Below, in pieces: positions 1-12,030 of a stretch of 64,000 nucleotides of DNA. The position numbers and the translations under genes are program-made. The notes beneath the pieces were generated by a model. That model was not told the origin of the DNA. It did not search any database and saw only the letters and a list, made by a program, of their open reading frames with translations. Source of the DNA: Catajapyx aquilonaris (taxonomy: Eukaryota); assembly GCA_000934665.2 (NCBI GenBank), contig JYFJ02000540.1, positions 124,001 through 188,000 of the forward strand. Direction: 5' to 3'. The first letter of the stretch is position 1. Each line of letters begins with the position of its first letter.

Positions 1-1469
1 ATTTCATGCAATAAATTGACACGCAAATAGCCACATCATGTTTCTCCCATCGTCATTACTGATAGTGGGATCGCAATTGGGGCCAAATTAGGTCTACGGT
101 TGCTAGTTGAATACCAGCTGGTCTGGGGGGTAACGAAAATTGAGTTGACGCTGTGAAACATTGCTCCATCGCAACCGGATTTTTCATTCCGCCCGCATGT
201 TATAAATAAATCGGCTGGGGTATTCATAAAAAGGAATAAAAATTTTCTTGACGTCTTTCCTGCCCCCTTTAATAACAGCCAAGACTTGCTCTTTGATAAT
301 ATGAAGAAAAAAAAACGGGGCTTTGAAAGCTCATGTAAACGCCCCATAACTTTCGGGCACCGTATACTTGAGGTCCAAAGTGAATAGTAATGTTCCGTTC
401 CACGCATTCCTTATTGATACTTCCGGGCACGGTTTGTGATTGATGATCTGCCAATTGAAAGGCTCACGAACACTATTTTTTTATCAAGTTGGGTGGTGGC
501 CAGACACGAGAGCAAATTTCGGCAAAAACCCTATGGTCTTGTTTCGCCCCGCTAATTTTGCGATTGTGCCGATAGTGCTGAAAGCTTTTGATTTTTCACT
601 AATCTCCGCCCAAGTGTGGCGAAAAAAAAATATTAGCTCTGGGTGCAACTCCCCGAGGCGAAAAGCTTGATGGATTTGCAACCAGGTTTCTACCTCATCC
701 AAACCGGATTTTCTCGCCCAATATTTTCAAAAGTTGCGAATGATTGGCAAAAATTGTCCCGAGCATGTCTTTTCAATGCAGAGAGACGCTGACAAAATAC
801 AGTGAGCATACCAGGCACCGGAGCAATTTGTCTTGAGCAAAGTATATTGCTTTTCGGGAACTGTTTTGCAATGCGCTTTGTGTGGCTGGAATCCTGGAGA
901 GGCGGGCATGATAATGATTGGTGCAAATTCCTTCTCTAACCAGCGAAAATTCTACCATCCTGCTGCTCCCATGTTCATCCCGTCAACCCCCCCTCTTCTT
1001 ATTACGGGTTTGGAGCAGGCCTCGCAGCCAAAATGGTTTTCCTGTTGCAACGAGCCCAATCCAAAATTTGCACGCTTTGTGCGGTGCGAAAACGAATATT
1101 TATGCTTCTGAAAACAGTGGCATCAGAGCGAAGATGAGACGAATTGAGGTCCAGGTGCGAATTCTGGTGACAATCTGCGCAAATTTAAATATATAATATA
1201 AAAATCATTTGTTGTATGACAGAGGCTTCTGATTGATCCCCCCTGGTCTACGCCTGCGCAATAGGGGAGGCAGCGCCTCTGGTGGACAGAACTAGTAATA
1301 TTTTAACAATTTAAATCAGCGTAATGTGACAGCCCCAACGCAACAAAGTACAGCATAACGTATGATTGAGCTGTCCCACAAACTGACATCAAATTACGCA
1401 GGAAATGGCCGCGCAAGCCTAGCTTTTTTCCATTAAAAAAAATGGGAGTAGTGCAATAATTGCGTACCA

Positions 1470-1620
1470 ATTTAGCCCGGTTAGGCCAGTTCAGTGAACT
1501 TGATGTTCATGATGATTGTAAAGGTGTATCGACACATACACACGGCATATTGATCCTGGCAATACCCCACTCAATTAGCCACAAACTGGACACCAATAGG
1601 CCGGACTGTACATAACTTTG
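1470..1620 (+). mobile_element. Decayed non-LTR (CR1/L2-group) reverse transcriptase fragment, catalytic F/YADD region
   Basis: From 1500, TTGATGTTCATGATGATTGTAAAGGTGTATCGACACATA reads L-M-F-x-D-D-C-K-V-Y-R-H-I with two 1-nt frameshifts. This resembles the CR1-type LFADDxKxYRxI motif. Match by eye only. Confidence 0.3.
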
Positions 1621-3479
1621 GCCTGTTGCACAAACCCATTTACTATAGTTTGTTGAAAAAGGTAAGTCCTGGAAGCGCTTTTTTCTCTCTCGGGAGTTAA
1701 AAAATACGCGGGTTTCTACACACAGGGCTCGAGCTAGGAACATAATGGCGTTCAACCGGAGCCTAGGGTCCTCAGAGCCTGGGCCATTAACAGCTCCAAG
1801 TGAGCCCATAATGTATGAAAACCAAATGCATTCCCATGAAAAGCAGCATGGTTGTTAAAACTCAAGCGCGTCCGCTCGCAAAAAAAAAGAGAGGAAAACT
1901 TGGACCAAGATTATGTTTTCCACCTCACGACCGACCAGTGGACAAAAGGCCATTTTTTTTGAATTGCCTGCACTGGAATTTTCAATGGTCCGGATTATTC
2001 AGGTCATACCCGAGTCATATCAATGATACCAGTTCCTGCTACCATAGATAACATGAGAAAAGGTGATTTGCTGTTTTCCAGTAACTGTGTCAAAATAACT
2101 GTGAAGGCATCAAGAACCTGGTCCAAGTTTGTGTCCTGGAAAAGCAATTAAAATTTAGGTGAATATTCGACGGCTTGATCAAAACAAAAACTCTGAGTCG
2201 AGGCTATAAACTTGCGCAGCGGGTAATTGCATCATAGTTCATTAGTTTTAATTAATTATCGAACTACTGTTAGTGCGCGGTTCCTAATGTTACGAGTTCC
2301 TAATAAGAAGTAACGTTGAACAACCAGTGTAATTTTAGTTTAGCCCTAAAGTATATTTGCACTGGATAAATATGCATCATTAGAGCACGTTTGGCATAAA
2401 AATATTTGCAATTAATATTTTTATAACGAACTTATTTGCCCTGTTCTGCGTACAGTTTCCAAGTAACGTTACTGCACTGTATTTACTTTACATGTTCAGC
2501 ACATTTCAGCTGAACAACACAATTATTAAAACAATATTTTGACCTCCCACACTCTGTAGCCACAAGGTGAAAGTGGTTTTGTTACGCCAGCACAAAATTT
2601 TCTGCATAAGAGGATAGTAAATAATTTTGTGTGCGCAATTTTCTGGCAATTATGTTACCGAACAAAAACTTTGGGATCTCGTATAATAATTAATCATTTC
2701 AATATTTTAAAATGTTTATTCGTTTATGGTAACAAAGTTTCTCGTCCATTCTGCATGTACTGTACAGCATGGTATTATACAAAGTTTACATAAGGCAGCA
2801 CCAGATTTTCTAAAGCCTTGAACCATCTTAATTGCTATTAAACTGGAACAGCTGCGTCGTGAATTATTTCTCGTGCCAGCCAACCCTTCTGAAAGGCTGA
2901 AAACGAGAATAATTACGACAGCAAAAAAAATGAGAGAAGGTGTCGTAATTAGCTCCAGAAAACCTCTGTGCCCGCATAACTGATGCCGCTAATCCGGTTA
3001 AGGTGCGTCAAAAGTGGCTACCGGCTAAAACCAGGTTCCCAAAAAGGATTTTAAAAACACAACTTGGTTATGCTGCTACTTCGCACATTAACAAGTCAAC
3101 GCCACGAGTTGGCTTCAGCATCACATTTCATCATCAAGAGTTGAACACATATCGTCACCAGTCGTCTTTTTAATGAAACAAATTTCCTGACATATTGAGA
3201 GTTTTTTTTGAGTAGAATTATGAGCCTCATTACGCAGGTGATCATTATGTCAGGAGGATAACTGGGCTTGCCTCCCATCCTCCTGGCATTTATTCCAAGG
3301 GAGGTTTTCCACACACAAACACACGTTGTCGCGCATCCCCAACGTGCTTTCCGCTGGCAGGAGATTAGCTAATGGGAATTCTATCCCGCTTTTCCACTGT
3401 CAATAAAAGCTGCGTCGTATGGGAAGCTTTCAGAGAGAGGGCGGGTTGTGTACTGACGCACAATGAAAAACCTCACTGG

Positions 3480-3740
3480 GGAGAAAACATACCTGCAATC
3501 ATTGCAATGCTGTCGTTAAAAGCATTGGATCTCAATACTCTGTGGCAAACATCCAACTGCATCCAGCGGAAAGTGAGATGATGGCATTGCTGGGCCAAAA
3601 AACCAGGCTGTTCTATGATAGCACAGTAGAAGTAATAGGCTATGCTAGTTGTAGTAGTAACAGTGACTAATCCTTTGTCAATCGCAGCAAACTCGTTATA
3701 TTTTTTGCAGAATATTGCATGCTCATGACAAGGTGATGAA
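3480..3740 (-). mobile_element. Decayed L2-like LINE ORF2 C-terminal fragment
   Basis: ORF 3473..3814 contains LVTVTTTTSIAYYFYCAIIEQPGFLAQQCHHL..QLDVCHRVL, colinear with the L2-type LVTVYxTxIRPxLEYAAPVWHPGLxxxQxxxLExxQxRAxRIIL region. A possible further 3' piece lies at ~3020-3300 (FVSLKRRLVTIC; KSF). Confidence 0.5.
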
Positions 3741-6700
3741 TTTCCTCTGCCGTAATTTAATCCCTCTCGAATTTCAAATTCCTGCAAACTTTTCTTCTCC
3801 GTCGAATTCGCCAAAAAACAGCCACAGTTACTATTATTTATCTGCTAATTTTTTTCTCTGCCTCGACATTCACTCGTGCAGCCACGAAAGTTTCGCTCGT
3901 TTTTTTTGCTCATTCCCCCTTTTGCCATTTTTTTTGCAGGCCCCGGATAATTGCAACGTTCTTCTCTTTCCTACTGATCGATTTCCCTCCAAAGTAATTA
4001 CGGGTTAAAACTCTTTGGGGCTTCCAAGTTAATTACTTACTATCAAGTTATTCTACCACTCTTCTGGGAAATTAGAAGGGCACCACTCCACCACTCTATA
4101 ATTCCTACGGTCCCATTGTGTATACGACGTTTCGTTCCATTCGGGATGCCAAATGCCTCTAAAATCTACGAGCTTTTCGCTTTAAAAAAAACTGAGGTCG
4201 AAAATTGGCAAAAAAAATTGCCAACACAATTTTTGTAAATGCTGCGAAATGGTTGCCATGCCAGGCCCCCAGAATTAGCGGAATTCTGGGAACATTTTAC
4301 CGCCAATTTAGCTCGAAATGCAATTAGCAAAGATGTGACAAACTTTGTAACTCATCATAAGCCTAATTACTTTTCAAGGATAACTTTAGTTGAAATAAGA
4401 GAATTCGCTGGTGGCAACATCCATCGGGGGGGAGAGGATGTACTGAGCATGGGACAGAGAATCCGTTAAGGAAAATTCAGACTCCTTTTGAGCAGATTTC
4501 CCAAGACAAAAGCCGCCAAAGGGGTATCAGATGCTCGGATTACTTCCTTCCTTACACTAAGTAGCTAAATGGGAGTCTTGGATGATGAAGACTCAGGTTT
4601 ATTCTTTTTTTTTACTTACTTTCTTCATCTCTCCGATTTCAAAACCCCCCTAGTTCTCTTGTGTCTCACATTCATGCCGGAGATCCTTCGTTTTGTCTTC
4701 ATTTTAATTGGAGATAAAGGAGAGAGATTCACCTGCTTGAGGCTAAATATCTACTTTTGCTGCAGAGAGCCAGGAGCCAGATAAATACAATCATCTCAGC
4801 TTTTTCCTTTAACCTCCTTCAAACATTCAAGCAGAAGCGGATCAATTCTCCTTCCAGCGAATCTGGCTGGACGTCTGTATGATGGCAGCTACACTTTCAG
4901 GTCACGCCATAGGGACGCTCAGAAAGAAAAAAAAATACAAAGGGTGCATCAGATATAAAAAAAGAGCACTCTGTGGGCTCCCACATCCTAGTTCCCTGAC
5001 CCGTAACAGCTGTTTAGCACAACCTGTCTGCCCAACGACTTTCCCTAACCCGCAGAACTGTTTAGGTCACGTTGCAACAAAAAAAAAACCCGATTTTTGT
5101 GAGTGCTGTGCTGAAACTCGACTCCGCAGTAAGACCTTTAGGTGCATCTGACACCTCCCTGGGTGTCGGCACAGTCCGTTTTTGGATTCACACACCGTCG
5201 CACTATATTGCAAACAGAATCGCACACCAACTAGTATCATGAACAATGCTACGTACGAGCCCGGAATTTTTAATTGTCCAGCGAGTCCTTTGCTGGGGCG
5301 GTTGACAGTCGCAGGTGTGACTCCGAGCCTAACTCGGGAGGGGGTGTCAAAAAGTGTATCCTTGCTCCACATTTTGTGGAACACAAAATGAAATTAATGT
5401 TCCATTAGTGTCCACACGTGGAAAAAAAAAGTCCAGGGTCATCTTTTTCCGTGCCTGAAGGCTTCTGAGAGACGTTTAATCCCCGTGTCTCCATTCATTA
5501 GTGGGGCATCATATCAGAGGGTGAGTGCATATGCAAAGTGGGCGCCGAATGTAATTACAGGTTGGGCCAACGCTACAGGATCCCATCTACTCTCTCTCTG
5601 CGTCTCTTTTTTTTGTTGCCAAAAAAAGTTCTTTTGGCAGGACTCGAGGGAGCCTGGAGGTAATCTTTATTACTTTCATTTTGCACCAGGAGGTATTGCT
5701 TATTAAAAGGGAGGGCTTGAAATAAAGCGGCTTTTAAGACCCGCATGTTAAGACTACTTAAAGGCCTATTTAATCGTCTAATACGCATTATTTTAGATAT
5801 AATATTTAAAAGGGGATGGAACGGTTTGACCTCGTATCCTAGTGGATTCAACTCTTAGCCATCATATAAGGTTATTTTCATCCAACCTAATATTTCCTGC
5901 CCAGTGACAATAAAAAAGCAACATAGCTGCAAAGTTTGGTACGTTATCATTTGAAGTCGTAACACTAACCATTAGCCGCAGTGCTATTTTTCCCAGCGAT
6001 ATGAACCGTCGTTTTGACCATTTACAGAGAAGCTTCTGCCCTCCAAAACCAAAATATGACATGGCCCATCCGCTCTCTCCAAAATAATAATAAAAAAAAC
6101 TGTCCCAATTCAAACGATCAGGTCAACTCCCCCATCAGAAATGACGGGGACTTTCCATCCCATTGAATCGAAAGCTTGGCTGGCATGTGATTTCTGGAAC
6201 TGCGCCTACTCTCTGGCGCCTCTCCAGCAAAACTTGGGTCCACACAACCTTTTCAAACGGTTCCCATTGCTTTTTTTTTGCTCTCTCTCTAGCCCTCGGG
6301 ACATCCGGAAACACACGGACCAACGACCCCCACTATATCCTTTACAGCCTTGCCCCCTTCATCTTTTAGTCATTCAAGTGGGGCTCTTGCCTCTTGAAGA
6401 GGCGGGAAAGGGTCGGCCGTGATTCCTCCCAACGCTAAAAGTTGCTCCGATTGGTTTCCATACACTTCGCTTAATAGGGAACAAGCGCTGAATTAGCATC
6501 AGACGGGATGTATCGAGAGCAGTAAATCCTTCCGAGCGAGAAATTGCTCGCGACAAATTGCTGTCGCGATGTACTACCTTACAAGTTTTCCTAGTGCCGA
6601 GAGAGGGCCTGTATAAAACCGGGTTACGACTCCGGGGAATTAGCACCGGAATGGGGGCTCGTAAGCCTCCTTTCGCGAAGAATTAAAGCCCGCTGCGAAT

Positions 6701-7366
6701 TTACAGCTTCACAACAATGTCCGACCCTTCCGCATTGGGGGTACCCGAGAAAACCATAAGGTGAGCTCTCAGACTGCGATATGAATAGTCCTTTCACTGT
6801 TTAGATAACATAGTGAACCCGTTGGAAAAATTTGGCAACACTTATCTTTGGCTATTTCTCTCCATCCATTTAGTACCGCTCTGGAGGCCTATTTACCACA
6901 TAGTACTATTATTCACGCATAGATGGCGAACCCTTCCCGTGCACACTCCTGCCACTCTCAAGTCGTGCGGGTGATAGTGGTACTATCAGGTCCGGCGGAG
7001 AGAATAAGCGGATTAGAAGAAGGATAATATTGCCACAAAATCCTCCACAGGCCGAACAAATCACCAGAAAAATTCTTCCAAACATCCCACCTTGGCAAAG
7101 CACACTTTATGAAAATGGACCGCATCCAACTTTTTTTTATTTCTTTCTGGACCTTATAAATATTCAGGGCGTGTAAGGAAAAGGGGCACTTTATGCTCGT
7201 CCATTTGCCACATCTAAAGATCAATTCCGGTTACCGCGCTGCAGCCACCTTCTCTATAACCTTTTCCCTCGCAGCGATTCATCTTTTTGCTCATGTGCCA
7301 GCTGAGCTTTGATCGGCCTAGATTAGGATCTGCCTCCCCTTTCCAACGTCACCTATTTCAGAGGAA

Positions 7367-7382
7367 CCCCCCCCCCCCCCCC
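7367..7382. repeat. Poly-C tract (C16)
   Basis: Directly visible homopolymer. Similar tracts occur at ~11309-11328 (contains an N), ~16537-16547 and ~17148-17159 (poly-G). Confidence 0.9.
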
Positions 7383-8987
7383 TCTTCCTCACACGTTCTA
7401 GTTTCTAGTGACGGATGGTGCCATCTTCTTCAGCCAGATTGCACATTGACTGTCGAGGCAGGCAAGAACAGTCTTTGTGCCGCCAAAGGGGCCGCCCAAG
7501 CCTCCTGGATATTGACACCGTAAATCTCTCGCCCAGGATTTTTCATTATCATTTTCATATAGGCTGACCTACTTGACTGGAATTATATCCAGGCCTCGGA
7601 TACCGTGATTAAAAAGGCCCAGGCGAAATAATGACTCGACTTCCCAGAATGGGCGTCAGGCGTCCAANCCCCCCTCGCCTCGTCTCAAAGCATATTGTGT
7701 AGCTGACTAATGTTGAAGGAACGTTTCAATCTCTTTTAAAAGCAATCTCACAATCGATCTGGATATATTGCCCTCCAGAGAAGGAGTTTTCGGAGCGGAA
7801 GTAGATGAAATCTACATTCTCGTTTTCCAGGATATCTCGCAACATCCGATTTCGCTCCGTCCCATGCCTCCCATCAGAAAATGACAATTTTAGGTACCTC
7901 CCGTTTGTCAATTCCAATCGCACTTTAAAATCGGCGCGGATTATTTCAGCCAAAAAGTTGATGTTAATTGCAATTTCACAGCCCAAATGTTTACCTAATC
8001 ATCCTCTTTTTTTCGCCAAAATTAATTTGGTTCTTCAAAACTCATTTCCTGAGGATTTAACGCGTCGTTTCTAATACTTATAGGAAACGCACAAAATTTT
8101 GGGTCCCGCAACTCACAAAATTGTCTTTACCCTGAAACTTTTATTGCCTCGCAGTCACTCAACTTTAATATCCTCTGATTGGGGGGACGCCGCCGACGAC
8201 ACAGAAAGAGAGAGAAAAAAATTTATTTCTTCGGAAACTCGCTACCAGGATTTACTTCCAACCCGACACTTCGTTTCGTGTGAAAGAGTAGTCACTTTCC
8301 GGACATCTATTACAGCAGGTTCTGGCCCAGCTGACCGGATCCCACTTCTCTTTTCCGGATACACGAAGCGCCATCTGAGACTCTCCCGCCACATAATGTA
8401 CTGCCTTGTTTTTTTATCTCAGCATATAACATGGGGGAGCCTGGATATTGTGAAAAGAGAAGGTTCTCCGGAATGAAATTCAAATTATCGCGACGTTTTT
8501 TGCGTGACAAAAATTTTTAACGTCACCACTGGAAAAAAAAGGCGAGTGAGATTTTATAGCCGTGTCTCAATTGCTTTTGAATAAAGTGGCCCTTCGAAAG
8601 TGGAAGCCTTTTTTTTGGTGGAAGGTGAACGAGGTTCGTTGAATGGCGGCCATCGAATTGCCCATATCGTTCAAACAGTACTCCAGGCGAGGCTTAAATA
8701 TGGATAGCCGAGAGCCGTTTCTTGTCTACGGTACTCTTTTTTTCCACCTCCTCTAACTCCCAAGTGCCTTTTTAGCCAATGAACCGAAGATGACAAAATG
8801 TTATGATCCGCTTCAATATTCATACGTGGAAGGAGATGGGGCAGAATTAACCTCGCGTCAGATCAGGTTCACTTAGGTTTACTACCACTCAACGAAGAAT
8901 GAAGGCTACCCCCCAAAAAATGGTGCATTTCATCAGTTGATTGCAAAGGTATGTGCAATGGTGCTGTAAAATGTGCACGTTCCGAAT

Positions 8988-9137
8988 TATCCTGACTCTT
9001 CAGGGCAACTCTCAAGCCTCTGCTGTGCTCCGGGATGCCATACTTCCAGGATATAATTTTTCACAGAGTTCTATCCTGGAAGCCTGGTAGCCCGGCGCAC
9101 AAGAAAGGCATGAGGGTTGCCCTGAACAGTCAGGATA
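8988..9137. repeat. Foldback: two inverted 66-bp units separated by 18 bp (MITE-like hairpin)
   Basis: 8988-9053 matches the reverse complement of 9072-9137 at 55/66 positions without gaps. Each unit itself begins TATCCTG and ends CAGGATA. Confidence 0.9.
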
Positions 9138-9271
9138 AACAGATTTATATTTTTTTAAATATTAAAAATTAATATGGAATTTAAGGAAATTGTTAATGTT
9201 TGCTTTCATAAAATGTAACGCGGCGTATCACATTAAGAGTGGATGGAACCCGCAGGGGCTACATATACATA

Positions 9272-9343
9272 CAACAGACCTCGGTTATAACAAACTGATT
9301 TCCTTGGTCATTCATTGAAGTCTGTTATATCCGGATTCACCTG
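9272..9343. mobile_element. Small degenerate Tigger/pogo-like MITE remnant
   Basis: TA|CAACAGACCTCGGTTATAACA ... TGTTATATCCGGATTCACCTG|TA: TA-flanked imperfect TIRs (about 17/25 including the TA) with the GTTATAAC-type core typical of Tigger-like MITEs. Confidence 0.45.
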
Positions 9344-9444
9344 TATTATAATTAACAGGTTTAAAGTTATACCATATTCAAGGATTTCGAAAATATTCAT
9401 CGCTGTTTTCTCCTATAAGGCAGAATATAACGGATTGCCACGCG

Positions 9445-9491
9445 GCGCATGCGCAATCATGATGAGCAACAGGCCAAGTATGCGCATGCGC
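9445..9491. promoter_or_regulatory. Pair of perfect NRF-1/Ewg-type palindromes GCGCATGCGC
   Basis: GCGCATGCGC at 9445-9454 and 9482-9491. Confidence 0.4.
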
Positions 9492-11749
9492 GAGTGAAAA
9501 TCCATCATAATGTCTTGAGATATGTTTTTCGCTGCTCCAGAAAATCAATCAGGTATGTCCCATGCAATTCGTCGAAATCCTTCTATACCGACAGGCATCA
9601 AATGCGCCCATCCGAAATTTCCACCCCTTCTCCCAACCCTTTTTTTTCTCCTCCTCCTCCCTCACCCACCCAACCTCCCAATTCCCAAGTCCATGAGAGC
9701 CCTATTAGTTATCCTGATAGAAGCCCGGGCGTGGAAAACTCCTGAGGGAACACACCCCCTCCCTTTTCAGCAGCCCGGGACGGCCCTGCCGAATTCCTAG
9801 TAATTGGAAACAGGGGTCGTTCTTCCGGTTAGGAGCCGTTGGAAATTCCCCGACGGCCATCCGTGGAGGGTGTATTTTTTTTTTCTTCTTCTTTCTTTCT
9901 CCCCCTCCCAAAAAATCTTCGCCAGAGGGGGACTACTGCCGCCTCCGGTTTCAATTAGACTCCGGGATGATGGTAGGTCCTTTCCCAATCCGGGTTCGGA
10001 TGAAGCGCGCCTTATTCGACTTCTGACTCGTCGTCTCTGGTCGCCTTGCATTGTCGCCGCTAGATTGCCCTGGCCTAGAAATTGAACTGGTCTCTCTCTC
10101 TTTCGACAGGAGGAGGAGAAGGTTGCATGGGAGGGGGGCTTAGGCTCATGTTTTATGCAGCTTCCGGTGCCCTGGCCTCCTTCAGATTACATTTCCGGGG
10201 GAGGGCATCAGGTTGGCCTTCTTTAGCATTTAATTAAATAGGAAGGTTTTCTGTTTCGAAAAGCGTGGGATTTGTGTTTCCTCATAGGGTTTCTGCTACT
10301 AATCCGGGGGTCCAAACACATCAATAAGTCCACAACGATGGAGAATGTTTACTAAAAACGGACCAGGTAAACAACGCATTGGCAACGCGTGTGCTTTCCT
10401 GCATCAATATATCATTCATTATGTTCATTAGGGAATAATTAATTATTTCACGTGACCATAATAAATTTATATCGGTGCACGTAATTATTGCATTGCTGTA
10501 ATAAACACCGTCTGACATTTTCACCGCGTTGACAACATTCCTACGTTGCCGGGGATTGATGCGGATGACTAACCTACGAAGATATATTGACCATTCGTGT
10601 GCTTTTTGCTTCGGTTTTTTAAATTTCTGAATGTCAATAATCGCGTAGTATTTTGTTTTATAATAGTCAGGAGCCGTATATCAGTGATTTTTGCGGCTTT
10701 GTAGGTCCGTAATTAGTGTTACGAAAATAGCTCACTGAACTATCGGAAATTTATTTCTACTGTCGTTTTGAAGCCCCGAGCTGACAGTTCTGCGGCATAG
10801 TACAGCGTGGGTCAGTGGATATTTACTAACCGTAATTGCATTGCAAAGTCCAGAAATCCGAAATGTGAGCTGACTATTGCTGCAGCGTTTAATATTAATA
10901 TGTTACTTTTGCACGCTCGGGGTTGGATTCACGAGGAAAATATTTTTGTGAACACACTGCGTTTTTGGGTTAACGTCCTCACACGGGAATAGCCGTGTTT
11001 AAAGCTATGCAAACAAAAATTCTCGACATGTTAATAACCACTACTTTAACTACTTTTACATGCACAACATCATCCATACATTAAGCCGTTTTTAGCCCGA
11101 TTTTTTTTTTCGCCATGGGTCAATCTGGGTATTGTGCACTACCTAAAAATTTACCTGCCATAAAATATTGCAATCTCTGCCACACTGCATATGCACATTT
11201 CAATCAGGGTTTTCCCTCGTTGTGAAATTGAAGCGGACTGGAATATATAGAAAGGGATCAATGGCAACATGAATATTGAATTCCGACCCCTGCCCATTCC
11301 CCTCTCAACCCCCCCCCNCCCCCCCCCCAATCCTTCCAACCTGAATTCACGTACAGAACGCTGTGGGGATGAGGGAAAAATCGCTGCGGTTTTATCAGCA
11401 GGCTTGGGCCATGGCGCAATGCATATCAGAATGCAGAGCGTCAAATTGGGCAATTTCACTCGATTTCGAAGCCTCGCTACAATTTATGCATATGTTCATC
11501 CACCTCTTTCTTGAAAAAAAAACACATTAAAATTTGGCCCCCGTTGTACGTCATCACAATTCATTTTTTCCCGCCCTACAAAATGCAACAAGTCGTCATA
11601 AAATACCGGTGGTTAACCTAGAGCAAGTTGACACGAGGTTGTCCCTCTGGGTTGACTTTATAAATCATTTTGCCCGCATCGCAGTTTGAATATCGGTTGG
11701 AAAACACACCCGGTTTAGTTTTTTTTTCTCTTCATAAAATAACATGCAA

Positions 11750-12030
11750 GCTACACAGCCCATAAAATTTTCGGTTGTATGCCTGTGTCAGCTCGGCTTC
11801 ATTCAGGTGAGACTAGAGCTAGGGAATTCTAACTCATTTTCATTATGTAATATCAAGCGCACAACCGGGATAGTCTTCATTATAAGCCCGTATATCACGA
11901 CCAAAATGGCTTGTCAGTATATCACATTTTGGAGCTATTGTGTTACGACGGAGATTAGGCGTCATATTTACCAATTAAGCCATTGGTTTGAGTACAAACA
12001 GGTAACCTGCGCTAAGTCGCAAGTATAATA
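11750..12030 (+). mobile_element. Decayed L2-like ORF2 fragment
   Basis: HKIFG (alternate frame) is followed by FSLCNIKRTTG..YITTK..QY..W..VTTE in ORF 11744..12028, resembling HKxLG..LxxLKRxG..Y..LEY..W..LT. Confidence 0.3.

Noticed and set aside
7668..11318. Single N bases at 7668 and 11318
   Set aside because: Both are at or inside poly-C runs, so they reflect sequencing or assembly ambiguity rather than biology.
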